Shown piece by piece: positions 57,327 to 64,000 of a stretch of DNA of 64,000 nucleotides (its first letter is position 1; each line of letters opens with the position of its first letter). The translations under genes were made by a program, and so were the position numbers. Origin of the DNA: a virus. The DNA lies in IMG/VR virus record IMGVR_UViG_3300033571_011534, positions 1 through 64,000 of that record; one strand, given 5' to 3'. The notes beneath the pieces were generated by a model. That model did not search any database and was not told the origin of the DNA. It was given only the letters and a program-made list of their open reading frames with translations.

Positions 57327-58418
57327 CTATTCAGCTATATATGTACCAGAGATATGAAAGTTATCTGCTGTAGTCAGGTTAACTGGGGAGTTGTGGTCAA
57401 ATATCTCATCCTGACCATTTGAGCCAGTGTAATTTAGAAATAGCCTGTTTGTTCCCGCCTGGACATGACCACCTACTGAATACTGATTGTTTGCAGATAT
57501 ATCGTGCAGGCACCCATCATTAAGCTGGTAAGCGTACTTAGCATTAAATGGCAAGTCAACGTAGTATTGGCCAGTTCCAAAGTTAGTAATATTATCCATA
57601 TCTACCTGAATCTCAAAGTGAACTAGTGGGCCAGTCTTAACATAATTTCCAGTGAAACGTGGGGCTCCGTTAAAGGTTGGCTGTGTTCCAGCAGTACCGC
57701 CATTAACTGTAAATGACACCTCTACTGGTGCTGAATTAGAGATATCTCCAATAGTTGCAATCCTTGTTTCTCCACCGATAGTAGGTGTACCAAGATATGC
57801 ATATGAACTTCCTGGGTAAAGAATAATATCATTGTCTGCTTCAAGAGTTAAATTAGATCCATCTGATGCAATTTTTTCAGTTTTCTGGTCACCAAAAGCA
57901 ATTCCACCCTTTGTTGAATCTTGATTTCCAACAACTACTAAGTGGTTTGCAATATTGCCGTCTCCAATAAGTACATCATCACCAATTGTTATATTATCTA
58001 TTGCACCATTGCTTGTAAGAGTAATTTTGCTAAATGTTGGGCTATCTATTGTTCCTAAATCTTGTGGAAGAACTGCATCTTCTCCGTCTGCACCGTCTGC
58101 ACCGTCTGCTCCATCTGCACCAACTGCACCCTTTGCTGCAAGTAGATTCCAGATAAAGCCTTCTGATGGAGTGTCTCCAACATTTCCGCCATTTGAATTA
58201 GCACGGTACCAAAGTTGTCCATCATATGTTGCAATATCTCCTACTGCATATGATGCCCCACCATTGTATTCACCAGTAAAATTCCAAAGTGCATCTGCAC
58301 CATTTGCTCCGTCAGCACCTGGGGCACCATCTGCACCAGCTGGACCTTCTGGTCCTGTAGGCCCTGCTGGGCCAACTGTGCCCTCTCCGCCACTAGAGCT
58401 GCCACTAAATCTAGCCAT
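57327..58418 (-). CDS. Collagen-like tail/fibre protein
   Basis: GADG repeats; YAVGDIATYDG..W; C-terminal ISGTY. Confidence 0.7.
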   Translation of the reverse strand: MARFSGSSSGGEGTVGPAGPTGPEGPAGADGAPGADGANGADALWNFTGEYNGGASYAVGDIATYDGQLWYRANSNGGNVGDTPSEGFIWNLLAAKGAVGADGADGADGADGEDAVLPQDLGTIDSPTFSKITLTSNGAIDNITIGDDVLIGDGNIANHLVVVGNQDSTKGGIAFGDQKTEKIASDGSNLTLEADNDIILYPGSSYAYLGTPTIGGETRIATIGDISNSAPVEVSFTVNGGTAGTQPTFNGAPRFTGNYVKTGPLVHFEIQVDMDNITNFGTGQYYVDLPFNAKYAYQLNDGCLHDISANNQYSVGGHVQAGTNRLFLNYTGSNGQDEIFDHNSPVNLTTADNFHISGTYIAE

Positions 58419-58699
58419 TAGTTTCCTGACTCTAGGTTAGTCTTTATAATTGCAACCTGAGAGTTGTTTGTATCAGTAGTTGCATATAGAGCATCTTTTC
58501 CTGGAAGCTCAAAAGAAATTGCTGTTCCAGGATTTAGGCGGTATCCATAAGAAGAACTTGTCACACCTTCTCCACCAATATAAACATAGGCAGAAGCGTG
58601 AATATTCTGAATGGTAATGTCCATTCCAGAGTGGGTTCCGCTAGGGGTAAGTCTTGTGGCTGTCTCATTTGACAGGCTAATGGTAGAGTGGATTGTCAT
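58418..58699 (-). CDS. Small beta-rich structural-like protein
   Basis: ITIQN...VYIGGEGV...YGYRL; leaderless. Confidence 0.6.
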   Translation of the reverse strand: MTIHSTISLSNETATRLTPSGTHSGMDITIQNIHASAYVYIGGEGVTSSSYGYRLNPGTAISFELPGKDALYATTDTNNSQVAIIKTNLESGN

Positions 58700-58748
58700 A
58701 TGACTATTATACCTGTTATATTTAAAAGGTAATTCCCAGGTTATAAGG

Positions 58749-59492
58749 CTATATTAGCTCTTTATATTTGGACACAAAGTCAAAAAGCCTTGCCTGATCT
58801 TTGTCAAAGCCAACCAAAAGAACTCCGTAAACACCAGCATCCTTTATGTCTTTTAAAACTTTTACTATTTCTTCTTCTGTGCCATGGACCAGGTCGTTTC
58901 CCCTATCTTCGTCCATGATTGCCAGGCCGCTGTTGTCTATAATTGGAGTAATAGATAAAACTATATTATTTGTGTTTATTTTTTCGGCATATTTTTTATA
59001 TGTATAATAAGGCACAACCATTTTGCCATTAAACTTATTTGATGCATCCAGAGTAAACTCATTAGTCACAGAAACATATATGTTGGCTAGATCATTTTTC
59101 ATAGACTTTTTATAATTACCCAGCACTTCTAGGTATTTAATTAGGTAGTTTGACTTTTCAACAGAGCTAGAGTTATCATTAATCTCTCCGACAAAAAAGT
59201 TGTGAGGCTCCTCTTCTTGCTTTGCCCATCCAGATACTAGATTTATTTCTAGTATGTCTCCAAAATAATTATAAATATTCCTAGATATCATAAAGAGATA
59301 TTGTGGAGAAATTACATATGGCCTAATTGCCACCATGTATTTAAAATCTTTCCTAATTTTTGACGCATTGTGTACTATTTCTGTAAAATGCTCAAACCTT
59401 GAAGAGTCATACAAAAATAAATTACCGTCAAACTTTGCATCATAGACCTTATCTATAGAATCAAAGTCTCCACCAAAATAATAAAACTTCAT
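58749..59492 (-). CDS. Luciferase-like (LLM/SsuD-like) protein, paralog of 56472-57266
   Basis: MKFYYFGG...KYMVAIRPYVISPQYL...LEINLVSG. Confidence 0.55.
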   Translation of the reverse strand: MKFYYFGGDFDSIDKVYDAKFDGNLFLYDSSRFEHFTEIVHNASKIRKDFKYMVAIRPYVISPQYLFMISRNIYNYFGDILEINLVSGWAKQEEEPHNFFVGEINDNSSSVEKSNYLIKYLEVLGNYKKSMKNDLANIYVSVTNEFTLDASNKFNGKMVVPYYTYKKYAEKINTNNIVLSITPIIDNSGLAIMDEDRGNDLVHGTEEEIVKVLKDIKDAGVYGVLLVGFDKDQARLFDFVSKYKELI

Positions 59493-59512
59493 ATAGTCTA
59501 TGATACACTAAA

Positions 59513-59597
59513 GTCCCCACACAGAACCTCTGGCGATGCCCAGTAAAATGGTAACTAATCATCCTAAGAATAGCAACACCTTGCCCTGTGTGAGGAC
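59513..59597 (-). ncRNA. Candidate ~85-nt structured RNA with its own promoter
   Basis: GGTATAAT 6 nt upstream; closing stem GUCCUCACACAG/CUGUGUGGGGAC with internal hairpins. Confidence 0.6.
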
Positions 59598-59620
59598 AAT
59601 TTTATTATACCGCTTTTAGA

Positions 59621-60298
59621 TTACTTGGTAGGTTTCTTTGCAGCAGCCTTTTTAGGGGCAGATCCAAAACCTGGAACTGGGTTCACAAGCTTCTTTCCCT
59701 TTCCTGGCTTCTTCTTTGCGCCTAGGCTAGAAACATCTAAGCTAGGAGGAGCACTGTTTACGATACCATCATCTGGGGTCTCGTCTTTTGCAGAGTCTCT
59801 TAACTTTTCCCAAGCCATTACGGCTTCAACAAATGCAATAGGACTAACAAAGCCCTTGCCGTTTAGATCCCAGCGGTGAGTTCTGCCTTCGACAATTTCA
59901 AAGTGCAAATGTCTTCCAGCTGAAGCTCCAGTGTTTCCCATAATTCCTAGGATGGTTCCAGCTTCAACCTTTTGGCCAGTCTTAACCTTTAGGCTTCCTT
60001 CTTTCATGTGACCTGATCTAGTCACGTACCACTTTCCATTAATCTTTGAACGAATGTCAACGTAGTATCCAATGCCGCCCAGCGAACCGTCGGCTTTCTT
60101 TAGCTTTGATGGACCTGCATACACTACTGTTCCATCGTGCCATGCTTCGATATAAATCTTTGGGTTTGGCCCCCAGATGTCATCGCCGTTATGATGCTTT
60201 TTAATTTTTTCGATGGGATGCACCCTCCATCCGAAGGGGCTTGTAATTTTCCAAGCCTTGCCCTTTTTCCCGTCAATGGGGTATTGCGATTTTGCCAT
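59621..60298 (-). CDS. M23 peptidase (endolysin candidate)
   Basis: ITSPFGWR.HP...HNGDD...GH...GNTGASAGRHLHFEI. Confidence 0.9.
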   Translation of the reverse strand: MAKSQYPIDGKKGKAWKITSPFGWRVHPIEKIKKHHNGDDIWGPNPKIYIEAWHDGTVVYAGPSKLKKADGSLGGIGYYVDIRSKINGKWYVTRSGHMKEGSLKVKTGQKVEAGTILGIMGNTGASAGRHLHFEIVEGRTHRWDLNGKGFVSPIAFVEAVMAWEKLRDSAKDETPDDGIVNSAPPSLDVSSLGAKKKPGKGKKLVNPVPGFGSAPKKAAAKKPTK

Positions 60299-60398
60299 TT
60301 TTCTCCTTACACAAGTAAAATCATGTCTCTATTATGAAACACAGTCTTATTATATCAGAAAAAATGGGCCTTTTTACAACATGCCCAGGTTGGTTTAG

Positions 60399-60788
60399 CT
60401 ACTTAATTTCGATTTTCTTTGGCTTCTTTTCTTCTGGAACACGCTTGTACAAATCAATGTACAGAATTCCGTCAATCATCGATGCCCTGTCTACCTCAAA
60501 ATATTCTGGCAGACTGAATGATCGTGTGAACTTGCGACCAGCAATGCCCTTGTAGACATAGTTGGCCCCTTCGTCCTCCTGGCGCTCACCCTTAACCGTT
60601 AGCACATCCTTCTCTACTGAGATATCGATGCCATACTGATTAAATCCAGCAACAGCAAACTCTAGGACGTAGTGTTCGTCTGAGATTTTGTTGATGTTGT
60701 ATGGTGGGTAAGATGCCTTTACTGGCTGTGTGAATACCTTCTCAAATTCCTGAGCAAGGCTTCCGAATGGGTCATTAAAAATAACCAT
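60399..60788 (-). CDS. Small heat-shock protein Hsp20 (IbpA-like)
   Basis: YPPYNI...AVAGF...KGIAGRKFTRSF...DGIL. Confidence 0.92.
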   Translation of the reverse strand: MVIFNDPFGSLAQEFEKVFTQPVKASYPPYNINKISDEHYVLEFAVAGFNQYGIDISVEKDVLTVKGERQEDEGANYVYKGIAGRKFTRSFSLPEYFEVDRASMIDGILYIDLYKRVPEEKKPKKIEIK

Positions 60789-60797
60789 TTATATCAT

Positions 60798-60815
60798 CTC
60801 CTTATATTAAGCGAG
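60798..60815 (-). promoter_or_regulatory. ROSE-like RNA thermometer hairpin occluding hsp20 SD
   Basis: CUC-G-CUUA/AUA/UAAG-GAG with bulged G opposite SD. Confidence 0.65.
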
Positions 60816-60880
60816 TTAATTGCCCCCAAATGGCAGGCAGGTTAATTATATCACAACTCAGGCAAAAGTAATAGCCCGAA

Positions 60881-61048
60881 TTACCAAAGGCTTAGGCCTA
60901 TCTCTAAGACGTCAAGGTGAAAGCTACAGACAGGCAGGTTCCTATCTGTAGAAGAAAAGATCTCGGTTGCAGAAGAGTCACAACCTGATATTGCACAAAG
61001 TCCCTTTAGGGATTGTAAGTCTTGGGCGTTGTCTTTAAGTCCTAGCAT
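60881..61048 (-). CDS. Small Cys/His protein (55 aa)
   Basis: Leaderless start; CAISGC...VCSFH. Confidence 0.5.
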   Translation of the reverse strand: MLGLKDNAQDLQSLKGLCAISGCDSSATEIFSSTDRNLPVCSFHLDVLEIGLSLW

Positions 61049-61066
61049 TAAACCATTATATCATAA

Positions 61067-61444
61067 CTAATCTTTTGGCTTATTTGGCAATAAGCTTTTT
61101 AGTTTTTGATAAGCATTCGTAAGCTCATGGTCTGTAGACTTTTCAAAAACGACATCTGCTTTATCAACAAACTCAGAGATTCCAGCTTGCGCTGATTCGA
61201 TATACTCAAATGCAGCATCTCTTGATTCAGACAAAAATCTTACAAATCCCTCAGATTTATTAATTTCATTTTCCTTGATTGCCTGGTCAAGGGTTGAAAG
61301 CACAGCCATTTTATCAATCTCTAACTGAACTATTTTTGTTAAACCCTTTTTGTATTTAGATCTAAATCTAATATTATCTACAAGAAGTACTAGAATAACA
61401 AACGCAATAACAACAACTGCAATAACATCCAGTAAATTAGGCAT
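61067..61444 (-). CDS. Membrane-anchored hypothetical protein
   Basis: N-terminal TM; FLSESRDAAFEYIE. Confidence 0.65.
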   Translation of the reverse strand: MPNLLDVIAVVVIAFVILVLLVDNIRFRSKYKKGLTKIVQLEIDKMAVLSTLDQAIKENEINKSEGFVRFLSESRDAAFEYIESAQAGISEFVDKADVVFEKSTDHELTNAYQKLKSLLPNKPKD

Positions 61445-61676
61445 CTGGTTTACCGCCCTCTCTAACAAGTAATACGATAGCACCATTGTCCTCTAGTGCC
61501 TTTTTAACTCGTATCATATACTCTACTGCCTTTATCTTATCCTCACCAGTTAAAGACATGAACTTCTTCTCACTAGCCCTTACTGTTATGAAATGATCGT
61601 TGTCGATGATGTCAAGACTAAAGTTTGATGGAGGATTAATAGACCTAAAAGCTCTTCTCATTTGATCTGTATACAT
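61437..61676 (-). CDS. Hypothetical protein
   Basis: MYTDQMRRAF...VKKALEDNGAIVLLVR. Confidence 0.7.
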   Translation of the reverse strand: MYTDQMRRAFRSINPPSNFSLDIIDNDHFITVRASEKKFMSLTGEDKIKAVEYMIRVKKALEDNGAIVLLVREGGKPDA

Positions 61677-61677
61677 A

Positions 61678-61968
61678 TTATTTGCCCTTATCCATTGTTA
61701 AAACTTCCCAGGTTTTGGCCCAGTCTTTTTTATTTCTATGACGATTAAACTCTTTTGAAATTTTTCCAGATTCTAGATACACTCCACCCCAGACACCCCA
61801 TTCTTTTTGAGAGATGCCAACAGCAAAGCACTGCCTCACAACTGGACAGCCAGAGCAAAGCTGATCTATTGCTGGACGTAAGAGTTCATCTTCTTCGTAT
61901 GTATCAAAAAATAAATTAGTATCATAATCACGACAAGAGGAATCATCTTTCCACTTGCCACTATCCAT
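61678..61968 (-). CDS. whiB: WhiB-family transcription factor
   Basis: W...C...FF...C..CPV..QC...WGVWGG. Confidence 0.9.
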   Translation of the reverse strand: MDSGKWKDDSSCRDYDTNLFFDTYEEDELLRPAIDQLCSGCPVVRQCFAVGISQKEWGVWGGVYLESGKISKEFNRHRNKKDWAKTWEVLTMDKGK

Positions 61969-62179
61969 TTTTGTTTAGAAGTCCTTCTGGTATTGACCAA
62001 CCATTTTCAGATGGAGAGTATCTTTTCTGAACATACCATTTTCCAGAAACCCTTACACCATCACGCCTCTTCCAGGCAAAGTGGTCAGGAATTCTTAGTA
62101 GGACATCCCAGCCATCCCAAGATAGTCTTTTGTTATTCTTAACAATTTCTTCCATTTTTTCAAGAGACTTTACTAACAT
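61961..62179 (-). CDS. Hypothetical protein
   Basis: LEKMEEIV..N..LSWDGWDV. Confidence 0.65.
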   Translation of the reverse strand: MLVKSLEKMEEIVKNNKRLSWDGWDVLLRIPDHFAWKRRDGVRVSGKWYVQKRYSPSENGWSIPEGLLNKNG

Positions 62180-62239
62180 GATTTTCCCTATATTTTTATT
62201 TTTATTATTTAGCTTTTGCACATTCCGCTAGCTAAAATA

Positions 62240-62587
62240 TTAATATCTAAAAACGTCGTTCTTGATATCTTTTGCAGATAAGAAGTTTACTATTTCTGGA
62301 ATAGCTTCTTTGTGGTTACAAAAGTATGCGAACTGACTAATTACTGGGTGGTTTGATTTAAACCACTTTAGAGGAACACGAATAAGCTTTGTCTTGATCC
62401 CTCTTGATTTAAAATTAGACACATTCAGATACTCTTCTGCCATCTGCGTTACACGATATGGCCCTGCAGAAAAAATGATGAACTCTTTATCATCCGAATC
62501 CTTCATTGAATACAGCGTTTTTGCCATTCCAGACAGGAATATGTTATAGTCATTGAAGCTTTTACTTCCATGAATTCCCAAGATCAT
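62240..62587 (-). CDS. Hypothetical protein (SLOG-like N-terminus, weak)
   Basis: IHGSKSFNDY. Confidence 0.5.
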   Translation of the reverse strand: MILGIHGSKSFNDYNIFLSGMAKTLYSMKDSDDKEFIIFSAGPYRVTQMAEEYLNVSNFKSRGIKTKLIRVPLKWFKSNHPVISQFAYFCNHKEAIPEIVNFLSAKDIKNDVFRY

Positions 62588-63002
62588 TTCTGTCCTGCCC
62601 TTCGTTTAGTTTGTCTACAATAAACATCATGTCTTTTAATTCTACCTTATCCATGGCCATTATGTCAAGTGTTTTTGTAGAACTTTCATCTACAACTCCA
62701 CCCACAAGGTTTGCGGAATACAGAGAGTTGTTCCTTATCCAGTAGGCCTTGCCCTTAAAGAACAGGATCTTCTGGTGCCTGCTATCAAAGAATCGTGTAG
62801 ACTGGGTGACCATTTCTTTTCTGTTTTCCTTTGCAGACATTGCAAAAATATATGGCCCAACCACGCTAAATATATGGCTTTGTCTATAACGAACCTTCAT
62901 GACTGAGTCTTTAGTTACTTTTGAAACTGCCTTGCTTAATATAAAAGTTCCAACGATTGCGACAATTGCGCCTACTAGATATTCCATATTGCTCCAGGTC
63001 AC
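62562..63002 (-). CDS. Membrane-anchored hypothetical protein
   Basis: ORF track. Confidence 0.6.
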   Translation of the reverse strand: MTWSNMEYLVGAIVAIVGTFILSKAVSKVTKDSVMKVRYRQSHIFSVVGPYIFAMSAKENRKEMVTQSTRFFDSRHQKILFFKGKAYWIRNNSLYSANLVGGVVDESSTKTLDIMAMDKVELKDMMFIVDKLNEGQDRNDLGNSWK

Positions 63003-63337
63003 CTATTGTTTTCTAAAAATGCACGGAGTATATCCTTTAAAGCATTTCTGTGGTTTATGTCTAGCTTCTCTATTTCCTGGACATCAAATGCCTTTTTTAG
63101 CAAATGAACTGTAGGGTTTGCCTCAAGAACATTAAGTTCTAAAAACCCTAGTTCCCAGAGCTTCATGATCTCTTGATAAAAAAGATCATTAAACCTGTCA
63201 TACATTTCAGGATTCTGTTCTTTAAGTTTACCTGTAGCAGAGTAAAGCATTTCTCCAGTGTCAGAGTCTATTCCAGCAAACTCAATTGCTCCAGAGAGAA
63301 TTAGTTTTGCTATGTATTCGTCATCGCTTGTACTCAT
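62999..63337 (-). CDS. Hypothetical protein
   Basis: LILSGAIEFAGIDSDTGEMLY. Confidence 0.65.
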   Translation of the reverse strand: MSTSDDEYIAKLILSGAIEFAGIDSDTGEMLYSATGKLKEQNPEMYDRFNDLFYQEIMKLWELGFLELNVLEANPTVHLLKKAFDVQEIEKLDINHRNALKDILRAFLENNR

Positions 63338-63355
63338 TAAGACTCCTAAAGTAGA

Positions 63356-63598
63356 CTAGTCTTCAGATTGCTGATTTTTAGCATGGAGCTTTTCACGCTC
63401 ATCAACTATTTGATAGGCAAACTTCATCATTTTGTCATACCCAACTGCATTGTTAACAATTCCTTCGTAGTGGTGAGCACAGAACAAAAGCTCTCCAGAA
63501 ACGCCGATTGCCTTTACATAGGCCTGCGCACCGCAAGACGCCGTGTCACACCTATCATTGGCATTTAGACTGGTTTCTTCCACAACCTTGGTTTTCAT
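63356..63598 (-). CDS. Small Zn-binding hypothetical protein
   Basis: DRCD..CGAQAYV...LLFCAHH. Confidence 0.7.
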   Translation of the reverse strand: MKTKVVEETSLNANDRCDTASCGAQAYVKAIGVSGELLFCAHHYEGIVNNAVGYDKMMKFAYQIVDEREKLHAKNQQSED

Positions 63599-63600
63599 TT

Positions 63601-63783
63601 TTACTTTCCTTTATCTGTTGAGTAAAATCCACTACCGTTAAATGTTACACCAACAGATGAATAAATTCTAACTAGTTTTTTATTACAGTTGTCACAAAAA
63701 TAATCTGGCTCTGGTTCTGAAATACCCCGCACTTTTACATGCGGGGCATCACAGTCTCCACAGCGATATTCGTATACCGCCAT
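63601..63783 (-). CDS. FmdB-family zinc-ribbon protein
   Basis: YEYRC..C...C..C...FNGSGFYSTD. Confidence 0.85.
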   Translation of the reverse strand: MAVYEYRCGDCDAPHVKVRGISEPEPDYFCDNCNKKLVRIYSSVGVTFNGSGFYSTDKGK

Positions 63784-63788
63784 GTCAG

Positions 63789-64000
63789 TTACTTCTTTGG
63801 GGAAGCCTTTTTAGTTGAAGCTGTGGTCTTCTTTGCAACTGGCTTCTTAACATCTGAAGATGCAACCTTTCCAGTTCCCGCAGACTTCTGAACGGCCTCT
63901 ACAACGTCTACAATTGCCTTTCCAAGGTCCTTCTTATTAGACGGAGTGACGTTCGCATAAGCTAGAGAAGATCCTCCTACTGCCAATGCAGCAGCTGCGA
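63789..64000 (-). CDS. C-terminal part of a protein extending beyond the window (Lys/Ala-rich tail)
   Basis: Open frame to window edge. Confidence 0.5.
   Translation of the reverse strand, partial: AAAALAVGGSSLAYANVTPSNKKDLGKAIVDVVEAVQKSAGTGKVASSDVKKPVAKKTTASTKKASPKK

Noticed and set aside
59513-59597. tRNA gene
   Set aside because: No TTCGA T-loop, no cloverleaf or CCA; kept only as unknown ncRNA candidate.

Overview
64-kb segment of a large (~40% GC) tailed dsDNA phage, most likely infecting Actinobacteria (WhiB, NrdH-type glutaredoxin, Gp88-like and MSMEG_6728-like genes, AGAAAGGA-type RBSs, many leaderless genes). 1-34 kb (minus strand) is a virion module: major capsid protein (partial), prohead protease/scaffold, portal and many tail/fibre proteins. 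It contains a ~10-kb block of ten 2OG-Fe(II) oxygenases plus SDR, FkbM-like and DUF6065-like genes, bracketed by two proteins carrying (Pro-Pro-Phe-Phe)n tracts. 36-47 kb looks like an early/first-injected region of small ORFs with a rich non-coding grammar: 17 promoters of the form AATGTC-N12-TAnnnT (matching the actinobacterial PafBC/RecA-NDp DNA-damage promoter), hairpins whose loops are complementary to the two RBS classes of the early genes, a repeated pseudoknot RNA, a repeated GC-box/TTACGA-N14-15-TCSCWGAA module, DnaA boxes, and apparent absence of GATC/TTAA outside the intergenic modules. 47-64 kb is an accessory/late region: DenV-like glycosylase, glutaredoxin, glycosyltransferases, luciferase-like proteins, M23 endolysin, Hsp20 with a ROSE-like element, WhiB. 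No tRNA, rRNA, CRISPR, integrase or transposase was seen. All assignments are by eye from motifs; no database searches were run.
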